Positions 25,431 through 38,625 of a DNA stretch of 64,000 nucleotides are shown here, one piece after another. The translations under genes and the position numbers were made by a program. The stretch comes from Macrostomum lignano (lineage: Eukaryota): NCBI GenBank assembly GCA_002269645.1, contig NIVC01000459.1:253760-317759 (forward strand), given 5' to 3'. The notes beneath the pieces are model-generated. The model had not been told where the DNA came from. It saw nothing but the letters and a program-made list of their open reading frames with translations, and did not search any database. Position 1 is the stretch's first letter; each line of letters opens with the position of its first letter.

Positions 25431-28400
25431 TCAGTAGGGCGCGTACCAGTAAGGTGGTGGGCGGCGTCTGCAAGTGGTGATGAGCGTTGCAGCATACTCT
25501 AGAAATAATCAATACCTAATTGAATCTAATAAGCCAAATGCGACAAAAATGTAATAAAAAGATTCACAGCACCTGGGTAATTAAATGCAACTATTGTATA
25601 ACTACTAACGTTGTAAATAAATACCGTATTGAAAATAAAAATATGAAAGCACAATTTGGGATTGAAATCCATAATCTGATCACTGAGATCCCCAATCTGA
25701 TCACTGAGATCCCCAATCTGATCACAGAGATACCCAATCTGAGCACTGAGATCCCCAATATGATCACCGAGATCGCCAATCTGATCACCTGAGATCGCCA
25801 ATCTGATCACCTGGGATCCCCGATCTGATCACCGAGATCGCCAATCTGATCACCTGAGATCCCCAATCTGATCACCTGAGATTCCCAATCTGATCACCTG
25901 AGATCCCCAATCTGATCACCTGAGATCCCCAGTCAGATCACCTGAGATCCCCAATATGATCACCGAGATCGCCAATCTGATCACCTGAGATTCCCAATCT
26001 GATCACCTGGGATCCCCAATCTGATCACCGAGATCGCCAATCTGATCACCTGAGATCGCCAATCTGATCACCTGGGATCCCCGATCTGATCACCGAGATC
26101 GCCAATCTGATCACTGAGATCCCCAATCTGATCACCTGAGGTACCCAATCTGATCACTGAGATCCCCAATCTGATCACCTGAGATCCCCAGTCAGATCAC
26201 CTGAGATCCCCAATCTGATCACTGAGATCCCCAATCTGATCACCTGAGATCCCCAATCTGATCACCTGAGATCCCCAATCTGATCACAGAGATCCCCAAT
26301 CTGATCACAGAGATACCCAATCTGATCACCTGAGATTCCCAATCTGATCACCTGAGATTCCCAATCTGATCACCTGAGATCCCCAATCTGATCACTGAGA
26401 TCCCCAATCTGATCACAGAGATACCCAATCTGATCACCTGAAATCCCCAATCTGATCACCGAGATCGCCAATCTGATCACCTGAGATTCCCAATCTGATC
26501 ACCGAGATTGCCAATCTGATCACCTGAGATCCCCAATCTGATCACCTGAGATCCCCAATCTGATCACCTGAGATCCCCAATCTGATCACCTGAGATCCCC
26601 AATCTGATCACCTGAGATCCCCAATCTGATCACCTGAGATCCCCAATCTGATCACCTGAGATCCCCAATCTGATCACTGAGATCCCAAATCTGATCACCT
26701 GAGATTCCCAATCTGATCACTGATCCCCAATCTGATCACCTGAGATCCCCAATCTGATCACCTGAGATCCCCAATCTGAGCACTGAGATCCCCAATCTGA
26801 TCACCTGAGATCCCCAATCTGATCACCTGAGATCCCCAATCTGAGCACTGAGATCCCCAATCTGATCACCTGAGATCCCCAATCTGATCACCTGAGATCC
26901 CCAATCTGAGCACTGAGATCCCCAATCTGATCACCTGAGATCCCCAATCTGAGCACTGAGATCCCCAATCTGATCACCTGAGATCCCCAATCTGAGCACT
27001 GAGATCCCTAATCTCATACCGCAATAGAGAATCGGATAGACCCTATGATCACAATAATGGTGCACACTAATAGTACTCACTGTACTTTAGTCACAAACAG
27101 GTAATGCAAAGAATCGCAAACAAAGCCGAAGCCATCAACATAACCGCAGAGCTCTCAGCATATTTATATACCTGAATCCGCGACCTCCCCGGGGCGCCAT
27201 ACCGGACCCGCCGTACATTCGGGCCATGCGACCGCGGAATCGGCCCCTCGGCGGCCGGTTAGTAACAGACATGCCGGGCGTGTTGGTTCGCTTAGCCATC
27301 ACTTTGAGGGAACGATTGCGGAACAGGCTCTCGTCTAGGGCGAGGGCCGCCTCTACAGAGTCTTTCTCGGCGAATTCCACGTAGGCGAAACCTTTGGGCT
27401 GGCCTGCGACAATTGGGATTATAGTCATTTGGTGCTACTGGTTAGTAGTGTAATATTTGCAGCAGAAAATCGTCTCACAACAAGAGCTGACAGCAATTCC
27501 ACCCTCAGTACGCAGGCACGCATTCATGCACACGCTCACACAGGGTGTACACCGGCCCTGACTGTCTAATCGTCAGGCATGTACACTATGTGCCTTGGGG
27601 GCTGCATAATGTGCCACAACGATGATGTACACAATGATGATGTACACACGTGCTTAATGTGCCACACTGATAATGTACACACGTGCTTAATGTGCCACAC
27701 TGATAATGTACACACGTGCTCGATGTGCCAAACTGATGATGTACACACGTGCTTAATGTGCCAAACTGATGATGTACACACGTGCTTAATGTGCCACACT
27801 GATGATGTACACACGTGCTTAATGTGCCAAACTGATGATGTACACACGTGCTTAATGTGCCACACTGATGATGTACACACGTGCTTAATGTGCCACACTG
27901 ATAATGTACACACGTGCTTAATGTGCCACACTGATGATGTACACGCATGCTCAATGTGCCACACTGATAAATGTACACACATGCTCAATGTGCCACACTG
28001 ATAAATGTACACACATGCTCAATGTGCCACACTGATGATGTACACACATGCTCAATGTGCCACACTGATAAATGTACACACATGCTCAATGTGCCACACT
28101 GATAATGTACACACATGCTCAATGTGCCACACTGATAATGTACACACATGCTCAATGTGCCACACTGATACGAGCTAAATGTACACACATGCTCAATGTG
28201 CCACACTGATAATGTACACACATGCTCAATGTGCCACACTGATAAATGTACACACATGCTCAATGTGCCACACTGATGATGTACACACATGCTCAATGTA
28301 CATACGTGCTCGATTTATCAGACAATGTTCCCACACCAGAGGGACTCGAACCCCATGCCGCACCTGTATACTTATTGCACAGGATAGTAATCCTGTTAAT

Positions 28401-28775
28401 AGCGCCGCAGGAATGAAAATGCGTCTCCAACTCCTCAGCCGTGGCTCCGTAATCGACGTTGCCAACGTAAACTGAGCGCGAGTCCGTATCTAAGCGCTCC
28501 TCGTCTGTTAACACGGCGGTTGGCATAGCAACAGACGAGCCGGCCATGGGCTTCTCCATGTCTGACTGCATCATGCGCAGCCGCTCCGCCTCGGCTTCCA
28601 TCTCGCGCACCTTCTGCCTGATGCTCTCCAGCTCGGGGTCGTCCCGCAGCTCGGTGTCTTCATCACCGGCCGCCGCTCGTCCACCGCCGCCGCCGCTAGC
28701 TTCGTTCGAAGTCTTCTGTTGCTGCTGCTCGTCATCGAATTCGCTGGAGTTCTCCTCAAACAGGAGGTCGGCCAT
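25431..28775 (-). CDS. PABPN1: Nuclear poly(A)-binding protein, 226 aa (exons 28775-28364, 27403-27172, 25467-25431)
   Basis: Coiled coil [37 protein letters not shown]...[10 protein letters not shown]-rich tail, C-terminal YWYAPY*. GT-AG introns with phases 1 and 2; 681 nt. Confidence 0.93.
25670..27010. repeat. 22/21-bp minisatellite (GAGATCCCCAATCTGATCACCT)n in PABPN1 intron 2
   Basis: Direct tandem repetition. Confidence 0.95.
27610..28300. repeat. 33-bp minisatellite (ATGTGCCACACTGATGATGTACACACGTGCTTA)n in PABPN1 intron 1
   Basis: Direct tandem repetition. Confidence 0.95.
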
Positions 28776-28854
28776 GGCATGAATGGTCGGGTTTGGGTAT
28801 CGCTTCGTTGTTTTATACTACACTAAAGATAGTCCTCCGATTAAACTAGCTTGA

Positions 28855-29565
28855 AGCTGTAACTCCCCCTGACACTGCTGGAACTCCCATCTGACACTGC
28901 TGGAACTCCCATCTGACACAGCTGGAACTCCCATCTGACACAGCTGGAACTCCCATCTGACACAGCTGGAACTCCCATCTGACACTGCTGGAACTCCCAT
29001 CTGACACAGCTGGAACTCCCATCTGACACAGCTGGAACTCCCATCTGACACAGCTGGAACTCCCATCTGACACAGCTGGAACTCCCATCTGACACAGCTG
29101 GAACTCCCATCTGACACAGCTGGAACTCCCATCTGACACTGCTGGAACTCCCATCCATCTGACACTGCTGGAACTCCCATCTGACACTGCTGGAACTCCC
29201 ATCTGACACAGCTGGAACTCCCATCTGACACTGCTGGAACTCCCATCTGACACAGCTGGAACTCCCATCTGACACTGCTGGAACTCACATCTGACACTGC
29301 TGGAACTCCCATCTGACACAGCTGGAACTCCCATCTGACACTGCTGGAACTCCCATCTGACACAGCTGGAACTCTCATCTGACACTGCTGGAACTCCCAT
29401 GTGACACTGCTGGAACTCCCATCTGACACTGCTGGAACTCCCATCTGACACTGCTGGAACTCCCATCTGACACTGCTGGAACTCCCATCTGACACTGCTG
29501 GAACTCCCATCTGACACTGCTCGAACTCCCATCTGACACAGCTGGAACTCCCATCTGACAGCTAC
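28855..29565. repeat. 22-bp minisatellite (CTGGAACTCCCATCTGACACAG)n just upstream of PABPN1
   Basis: Direct tandem repetition. Confidence 0.95.
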
Positions 29566-30164
29566 AAATCTGGCCATTTACAGGAATGTCTAGAATGGAT
29601 TCTTGGAACTTGGAACCCCACAAGACAAAAAACAGCAAAAAAATTGCAGCCCACCATACGAGAAAAAATTTATTAATAATCGACGTATGAATGTTTATTA
29701 TGTTATTAATATGTAATATTTTGCTGATGTCCAGTTATTGGCATATTTTATGAAACAAATAATAGACAAAAAATAAAGTGCGATTTATGATATGGGGTAG
29801 CAAAGTGAATAATAAATAATAGCAAATAATAGTTGTAGCGTAAAGTACAAATGCTTTTGAATAATTTTGTTGCACATATTTCTTCACTGCAGATATATAC
29901 GCGAAGAGGAGTATATATGAAAAAAGCTGATAGAATGAGCGAAAGCAAAAAAAGTCAATTAGAAATGATGAAGACGGAAACTAGCAATTGATCAATGGAT
30001 AGACAGAATATGAGCTATATAAAATGCAACAGAAAATTGTATAATAAAGAGGGGTTTCTAATTACATAATTGAGCTAAATTAATTGAGCAGGGTGATTAA
30101 AATATAAATAAACGCACTTGTTATACTGGTCATAAATCAAGTTGCACAGTGCCGCAACCAACTG

Positions 30165-32022
30165 TCACAGGATTCTATCAATGTCGAAACAGATCGCCAC
30201 TCGATCCTCGTCAACATCATTGTCCAGACTGTCGCTGCTGCCCAGGCTGGACTGCCGATAGCCCTTCCGACGACGACAGCCGCTTCTAGTTGGCGACTCG
30301 TCCCAGTGATGCCCGCCAGGCGACTCTGAAGACGAGGGCGACGGCGGCGGTACATTCTCCTTGTTGTCGGAGACCAGCGGCTGCGGCGACTGGTCGATAG
30401 TTGCCAGACGGCCGCGGAACGGCAGGCCGCCGGGACAGCCGGCGGAGCCGATGCGACCCAACAGGCGGAGCCAGTCAGCCGTGTCGGGCAGAAATTCCCA
30501 CTCGTAGGGAGCCTCAAATTCGGCTGGATCTGGCGGCGGCTTCTCAACTGGAGGCGGTGGGTGAACAGCTGCAGCCGCGGCCTGATTGGCTGACGGCTTT
30601 GCAGCTGCAGCCGGGCCCGACGGCTTGGAGACGTTTGTACTGTTATTATCGTTTCGGTTGCTAAGCAACGCCAGGCCGGTGCGAGGCGTAGCCGGAGTGG
30701 CTGGCTGCTGCTCATTCTGTTGGAAGATCTTGGCCCGGGGAAGCTGGCGGTGAACGGGGTGTTCCTGACCGCACCTGGAGCCAGCTGGGTGTTCATTGTT
30801 GATTGATGGAGCTGGAACCAGAAATTATTAATAAATATTAATTTAGGCAGCTAGGTGAATTGCGCAACAAAGCCTTATGTAATTAGTTTTAAAATGAGGA
30901 TATAAGATGACACATGATGGCCGTTGCTTTAGGGATACTCAAATGGTTGACGATTTCATGGACTAGTTTATTGGCGATCCAATGGGTTGGTTTAAGGGCG
31001 ATACAATGGGTTGGTTTATGGGCGATACAATGGGTTGGTTTATGGGCGATACAATGGGTTGGTTTATTGGCAATCTAACGGGTTTGTTTTTGGGCAATCC
31101 AAAGGGTTTGTTTTTGGGCAATCCAAAGGGTTGGTTCAAGGGCGATCCAATGGGTTGGTTTATGGGCGATCCAATGGGTTGGTTTATTGGCAATCCAACG
31201 GGTTTGTTTTTGGGCAATCCAAAGGGTTTGTTTTTGGGCAATCCAAAGGGTTGGTTCAAGGGCGATCCAATGGGTTGGTTTATTGGCAATCTAACGGGTT
31301 TGTTTTTGGGCAATCCAAAGGGTTTGTTTTTGGGCAATCCAAAGGGTTGGTTCAAGGGCGATCCAATGGGTTGGTTTATGGGCGATCCAATGGGTTGGTT
31401 TATTGGCAATCCAACGGGTTTGTTTTTGGGCAATCCAAAGGGTTGGTTCAAGGGCGATCCAATGGGTTGGTTTAAGGGCGATACAGTGGGTTGGTTTATT
31501 GATGATACAATGGTTGGTTTATTGGTGATACAATGGGTTGGTTTATTGGCGATCCAGTGATCGTTTGAAAATATGTGTAACCGTTATTTTATTTTAAATA
31601 AAATAGGAGCTAGCCGAGACAAAAAAAAAAAAAACATAAAACTGAAAGATTCCGAAGGCTTACACGTATAACCCTTGCAGAACAGATATGGTAGAGTGAA
31701 TGACTAAATTAATAGCTAATGAGTCTGACACTTTTTTTAACTTAAATTCAACGCTAACCAAAATACCAAATGAATAGCATTGACGATGTCATTTATACTG
31801 CTATCAATTACGACAAATTTCTGCACATATAAGTTCTCGTCGCTTATGTATGTACATATTTCTAGCGATTCAGCCTCCAACCCACCAACGAAACTATAAT
31901 TGTCGTATACAATTGGTTGGCTGATCTGGAAGGCAAACAAAACTTGATAAATGTACATTGCATTGTACATTTACCCTCGGATTTGGTTAGCGCAGCCACC
32001 CAGCCACCCCCGCCTATACGGG
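30165..32022 (-). CDS. 3' exons of an uncharacterised low-complexity (Pro/Ser/Ala-rich) protein (putative exons 32022-31975, 30811-30165)
   Basis: Acceptor tggttccag| at 30812 opens a ~215-codon GC-rich terminal exon (...APYEWEFLPDTADWLRLLG...DIDRIL*). A 48-nt phase-1 exon at 32022-31975 joins in frame. The start codon was not located. Confidence 0.5.
30965..31560. repeat. 21-bp minisatellite (GGCGATCCAATGGGTTGGTTT family) with higher-order variants
   Basis: Direct tandem repetition between the two putative exons. Confidence 0.92.
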
Positions 32023-32134
32023 CTGAGCTAATTAAGCAATTATTGACTATTGTAGCCTTTGATGGGCGCACTAAAATCAGGGGGGGGGTTCATATCTCCG
32101 ACAAATCAGTTTAGCTAGATGTTTCGACAAGCTT

Positions 32135-34075
32135 GCCAGAGATATGAAGTGTCGGAGAGATGGAATGTAGGAGATAAGAAATGTCGGAGCTATAAAAGAG
32201 GTGCCGTCGGAGATAAGAAATGTCGGAGCTATAAAAGAGGTCCCGTAGGAGATAAGAAATGTCGGAGCTATAAAAGAGGTGCCGTCGGAGATAAGAAATG
32301 TCGGAGCTATAGAAAGAGGTGCTGTCGCAGATAAGAAATGTCGGAGCTATAAAAGAGGTGCTGTCGGATCGATAAGAAATGTCGGAGCTATAAAAGAGGT
32401 GCTGTCGGAGATAAGAAACGTTGGAGCTATAAGAGGTGCCGTCGGATCGATAAGAAACGTCGGAGCTATGGAAAGAGGTGCTGTCAGAGATAAGAAATGT
32501 CGGAGCTATAAAAGAGGTCCTGTCGCGGATAAGAAATGTCGGAGCTATAAAAGAGGTCCCGTCGGAGATAAGAAATGTCGGAGCTATAAAAGAGGTCCTG
32601 TCGCGGATAAGAAATGTCGGAGCTATAAAAGAGGTCCCGTCGGAGATAAGAAATGTCGGAGCTATAAAAGAGGTCCTGTCGCAGATAAGAAATGTCGGAG
32701 CTATAAAAGAGGTGCTGTCGCAGATAAGAAATGTCGGAGCTATAGAAAGAGGTGCTGTAGGATCGATAAGAAATGTCGGAGCTATAAAAAGAGGTGCTGT
32801 CGGAGATAAGAAACGTCGGAGCTATAAAAGAGGTGCTGTCGCAGATAAGAAATGTCGGAGCTATAAAAGAGGTCCCGTCGGAGATAAGAAATGTCGGAGC
32901 TATAAAAGAGGTGCTGTCGGAGATAAGAAATATCGGAGCTATAAAAGAGGTCCTGTCGCAGATAAGAAATGTCGGAGCTATAAAAGAGGTCCCGTCGGAG
33001 ATAAGAAATGTCGGAGCTATAAAAGAGGTCCTGTCGGAGATAAGAAATGTCGGAGCTATAAAAGAGGTCCCGTCGGAGATAAGAAATGTCGGAGCTATAA
33101 AAGAGGTGCTGTCGGAGATAAGAAATGTCGGAGCTATAAAAGAGGTGCCGTCGGAGATAAGAAATGTCGGAGCTATAAAAGAGGTGCTGTCGGATCGATA
33201 AGAAATGTCGGAGCTATAAAAGAGGTGCTGTCGGATCGATAAGAAATGTCGGAGCTATAAAAAGAGGTGCCGTCGGATCGATAAGAAACGTCGGAGCTAT
33301 AGAAAGAGGTGCTGTCGGATCGATAAGAAATGTCGGAGCTATAAAAGAGGTGCTGTCGGATCGATAAGAAATGTCGGAGCTATAAAAGAGGTGCTGTCAG
33401 AGATAAGAAATGTCGGAGCTATAAAAGAGGTGCTGTCGGATCGATAAGAAACGTCGGAGCTATAGAAAGAGGTGCTGTCGGATCGATAAGAAATGTCGGA
33501 GCTATAAAAGAGGTGCTGTCGGATCGATAAGAAATGTCGGAGCTATAAAAGAGGTGCTGTCAGAGATAAGAAATGTCGGAGCTATAAAAGAGGTGCTGTC
33601 GGATCGATAAGAAATGTCGGAGCTATAAAAAGAGGTGCCGTCGGATCGATAAGAAATGTCGGAGCTATAAAAAGAGGTGCTGTCGGATCGATAAGAAATG
33701 TCGGAGCTATAAAAGAGGTGCTGTCGGATCGATAAGAAATGTCGGAGCTATAAAAGAGGTGCTGTCAGAGATAAGAAATGTCGGAGCTATAAAAGAGGTG
33801 CTGTCGGATCGATAAGAAACGTCGGAGCTATAGAAAGAGGTGCTGTCGGATCGATAAGAAATGTCGGAGCTATAAAAGAGGTGCTGTCGGATCGATAAGA
33901 AATGTCGGAGCTATAAAAGAGGTGCTGTCAGAGATAAGAAATGTCGGAGCTATAAAAGAGGTGCTGTCGGATCGATAAGAAATGTCGGAGCTATAAAAAG
34001 AGGTGCCGTCGGATCGATAAGAAATGTCGGAGCTATAAAAGAGGTGCTGTCAGAGATAAGAAATGTCGGAGCTAT
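32135..34075. repeat. 39/41-bp minisatellite (GGAGATAAGAAATGTCGGAGCTATAAAAGAGGTGCTGTC)n
   Basis: About 1.9 kb of tandem units. Confidence 0.96.
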
Positions 34076-35149
34076 GAAATTTTGGAGATATGAAAGCGCC
34101 TTCTAAACCATAATAAAACAAAAAAGCTTACAATCGAAAACCTACAATTAGGATAATCTTAAACATATAAAATAAAAAACAAACGAAGATGGTTGCTTAT
34201 TTGAGTCAAAACATACATTTGACAAATGATTAACTATATAATAGATTTTTTCAAATTAAACTTCATTTTTTGTTTCTTTGATTCAGCAAATTAGGAGGTG
34301 AGGGCAATTGAAAAAGTTGTTTATTTACGTAGAGATAAGCAGTTAGAATGGCCTGTTTTAACAAGGCAAGGGGCACGCACAGAGAACACAGACACACACA
34401 CGAGTACACAGAGCAAGCATTGATTGGCGCATTGAATGGGGTTGGTTAATAACTTGAAACTACTAACAGTAGGTAATTTAGGATGCAAAAAAGTAAACTG
34501 ACAAAATTATTATTTTCTTGATTGCTTTTGATTCTGACGAAGCATGCAACTATTGATTAATTATGTATCAATATTACCTGGTTAGTTACTTCATAGAATT
34601 CCTATATTTAAAACAATGAGCCGACATGGATAGGCGGTTACATAATCAATTTGTTTTAATTTTTCTAGAAAAAACGGGAAGAAAGAATCAAAATTTAACC
34701 GGATATGAAACGAAAGCAAGCAGGCCATAAAAACAGTATAAATAATATATTGCTAAGTAATTAATTAATTTTAAACTATTTGGAATTAGTGAATGCTGTG
34801 GAATTTGTTGAATAGCGATAGCCTGATCTTATTACTAGTATTAGTACGATACAGTACAATAGTTAAGTAACCTTTGATGCAGATAGGATACTTTTTTGCT
34901 TAATGCTTCAAATTTAATTTATTAAAAATGTAGTATAAATAATTAGTTATTAAACCAATTAAACAAGCGCTCGTAAACACAATGGATAAGTACAAAAATA
35001 AATACAGTTAAAATTATTAGTGTGAATGAGTACTCGTAATTAGTTTTATAATGGAGAATTATTCAATAATTACTCAACGTAGGCTTCTCGAGTAAAAATA
35101 AGAACCTTATTTGGGATTGAGCTGGATCTGGAAATCTGCGAAGGCGGCC

Positions 35150-35892
35150 CAGCAACTGAGGATCTGGGAGCCTTGCCCAGAAACTGAGGATCTGGGAGGC
35201 TGGCCCAGCAACTGAGGATCTGGGAGAGGCTGGCTCAGCAACTGAGGATCTGGGAGGCTGGCCCAGCAACTGAGGATATGGGAGAGGCTGGCCCAGAAAC
35301 TAAGGATCTGGGAGGCTGGCCCAGCAACTGAGGATCTGGGAGAGGCTGGCCCAGCAACTGAGGATCTGGGAGAGGCTGGCCCAGCAACTGAGGATCTGGG
35401 AGAGGCTGGCCCAGCAACTGAGGATCTGGGAGAGGCTGGCCCAGCAACTGAGGATCTGGGAGAGGCTGGCCCAGCAACTGAGGATCTGGGAGAGGCTGGC
35501 CCAGCAACTGAGGATCTGGGAGAGGCTGGCCCAGCAACTGAGGATCTGGGAGAGGCTGGCCCAGCAACTGAGGATCTGGGAGAGGCTGGCCCAGCAACTA
35601 AGGATCTGGGAGAGGCTGGCCCAGCAACTGAGGATCTGGGAGAGGCTGGCCCAGCAACTGAGGATCTGGGAGGCTGGCCTAGCAACTGAGGATCTGGGAG
35701 AGGCTGGCCCAGCAACTGAGGATCTGGGAGAGGCTGGCCCAGCAACTGAGGATCTGGGAGAGGCTGGCCCAGCAACTGAGGATCTGGGAGAGACTGGCCC
35801 AGCAACTGAGGATCTGGGAGAGGCTGGCCCAGCAACTGAGGATCTGGGAGAGACTGGCCCAGCAACTGAGGATCTGGGAGAGACTGGCCCAG
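35150..35892. repeat. 30-bp minisatellite (GGGAGAGGCTGGCCCAGCAACTGAGGATCT)n
   Basis: Highly homogeneous tandem array, bracketed on the minus strand by GTAAGT (35945) and CAG (35136). Confidence 0.96.
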
Positions 35893-36026
35893 CCTCTACA
35901 ATTGATTAAGGAATCCATCCTAACTACCTCTGCATATGAACTTACCCAAAAACGCTAATCCCAAAGCACAAAAAGCCCCTATTTGCGTAAATTGATGACA
36001 CGTAAAGCGTGCACAGTTATTAACTT

Positions 36027-36437
36027 TCAACCGGAAGCCTTGACCTTCTCTTTAATAGCGGCCTCATCAACTTCGGACATATCGTTGGCCTGAATTTCCA
36101 CTACGCCTTTCAGCTCCTTTTTAATAGCATCCTTGGACGAGGCGTACAGCATCTTGTCGCGAATCCTGGCGCTGTCCGGAGCCCAGTGGATAAACAGCAG
36201 CTTCTCCCGCTTGGCGCCATCGTCCAAGGTGTATTTGTAGTCGTACACAACGTAGCGACACTCATTCGGCGGCAGAGTACCAATGAACTCTTCGTATGTG
36301 GAGTTCTCAGCCACTCGTTCGGTTTTGATTTGCGATTCGCCTTCGATTTTGAACACCATGTAGGCGTACTTGTGGCCCAGCTTAATGGCATTGAAGTCGT
36401 CCTTGAGACTGGCATCGACAGTTACACCGGAGGCCAT
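36027..36437 (-). CDS. Cofilin/actin-depolymerising factor, 136 aa, intronless CDS
   Basis: MASGVTV...CRYVVYDY...KLLFIHWAPDSARIRDKMLYASSKDAIKK...EIQAND is the classic ADF-H signature. Splice acceptor (cattttcag|) 10 nt upstream of the ATG. Confidence 0.95.
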   Translation of the reverse strand: MASGVTVDASLKDDFNAIKLGHKYAYMVFKIEGESQIKTERVAENSTYEEFIGTLPPNECRYVVYDYKYTLDDGAKREKLLFIHWAPDSARIRDKMLYASSKDAIKKELKGVVEIQANDMSEVDEAAIKEKVKASG

Positions 36438-38392
36438 GACTTTTAAACTGAAAATGAGGAAACAATTAAACAGAATCTAGATCATTGCTGTGGGCAAAAT
36501 GAGAGAGGAAGAGGGAATAGAGGAGAGAGAAGAGAGAAGAGATGCGAGATGAAAAAGAAAATAAGAGAGGAGGCAAGGAGGAGAGGAGAGATAAAGGGAG
36601 AGAGGAGAGAACTGAAGAGAGATGAGAATATAAAAACCCTAAGCAGACCAGATTGCTATTGTGAAGTTTTAAATGACCCAAGTGCCAAATATAGAGGCTT
36701 TGTGGGGTGCATGTAACAGGGGTGTAAAGAGGGGGGACGTTGGGAGAGATGTAACCCTAAAACAGCCTAAAAGTCTTTTTTCTCCCTAGGTGTCTCTATA
36801 GTCAAGAACATAGCTTTTTTCATTAAAAATTCATGGCAAATTCAAGCTAGGGCAGAGCCAAGTAAAGTAAGGCAAGGCAGGGTGTGGCAAGGTACAATAT
36901 AGGTTAGGGCAAGGTAAAGCAAAGATAGGACAAGGACAAATAAGGCTAGGTTAAGGCCATACTCTAGAAGGTTTCCAGTTCATTTGTCTGCTGACAGTTT
37001 ATCTTCTAAGTAGAAAAAAAGCCCTTTTCTTCTAAAACTATTCATTTGCTAGGAAATAGGGGTAGGAAAGGGAGTTGGGTGGATGGGGAATGGGGTAAAA
37101 AGCTGCTTAACAATGTCTTTGCTAATATTTTTAAAATGCTGTGGGTTCTAATATTTTAACAAACAATTTCAGAATATATATATATATAACATCTATAGAA
37201 AGAGTGATAAGTTTGATTAGAAAACAGTGGAGCTAAAACTGTTAAACATTTTTTAGAGATAAAAACAACAAATTGTTTTTCTGATTCAACAATTCTCAAA
37301 TGCAAGACATGAGTCATTTCAATTCTAGAGTTGCTATATAACATATTTTGCTTCTCTTCAAAATTGTTTTTCCTAATGGTATATCTATAACCTAATGTAG
37401 ATTGTCATATTCAGAGACCAACCCTTGCAATACTAACAATATCAACAGAGTTTGCTAGGCAGTTCCCATCTCACTCCATATTCCCACCTTCATTTCCTAG
37501 CAGATGAATGGTTTTAGAAAGAGAAAATTTTCCTCTACTCAGTAGACAAACTATTGGCAAACAAAATGATTAGCACCCCTCTAGAAAAAATCCCTTTGAC
37601 AAGCTCAGTATTATATAATAATTGTTTTTCCTTCAATAATCATTATTGTACACATTTAACAAATAACAATATTAGCTTTGATAGAATAATATAAATAGGC
37701 CTACTAGATAGTGCATGACCAAGATGGCCATAACTCTAAATGTCTAAATAGATAACAACAAGCCTAGTTCTATATATTTAATTTATTTCCCATTGGCAGT
37801 AAGTAGTATTGGCAGTTATTGTTATGGTGACCATATATATAGCAAAATGTTTTTTTATAGTCAATGCATAAAATACTGTTTGGACTTGAGATTTTTACTT
37901 AATGTAACCATATAGTGAAACTATTATTTTTATGGTTACTGTACGCAAGAAGCAAAATGGCTATTTTTATAGTCAGGGAAGAAAGTTCAATTACATTAAT
38001 AGTTAAAATTAACAATTATGTGAGTAAGCTTTAAGCTAGAAAAAGTTATCTCATTTTTTTATAATCACCAAAACAATAACAATTGCCATTAGTATTAGGT
38101 GTAGATCTTAGATCTTAAAGTCTTAGAGAGATAGATGCTATAAATTTGTATAAAATTATACCTGTATTTAGTATATTATATTGTATTATAATCATTCTAT
38201 TTGGCTTTGGCTTTAGCTTTTATTTTAACTTAACTCATAGTCACAGATACCTATCCACAAAAAAGCAAATAGCCTAGCATAAAAATAAGTGATTTGTTGC
38301 ATATTTATCCCATTCTTTTGCATAGCATTACCTCTAACAATGGGAGTGCTACCGAATTTGTTACCTTACTAAGCACTATTGACAAATTCAGT

Positions 38393-38625
38393 GGCATAGC
38401 CAGGGGGGCTGCAGCCCCCCCTCCATCTGCCTAGGAAAGGGGGTTAGGGTTGGGCATGGCGAGTACCAAAAACCATGAGGCAATTGAGTGCCTACGACAC
38501 TAAAATGAATACCTGTGGCACCAAAATGAGTGCCTGCAATGCCAAAATGAGTGCCTGCAATGCAAAAAATAAGTGCCTACGGCGCTAAAATGAGTGCCTG
38601 TGGCACCAAAAGTGGCAATAGCATA
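38393..38625 (+). mobile_element. Old, truncated copy of the hAT-type MITE family seen at 50022
   Basis: End motif CAGTGGCATAGCCAGGGGGG plus degenerate copies of the internal 21-bp unit (…AAAATGAGTGCCTG…). Confidence 0.5.
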
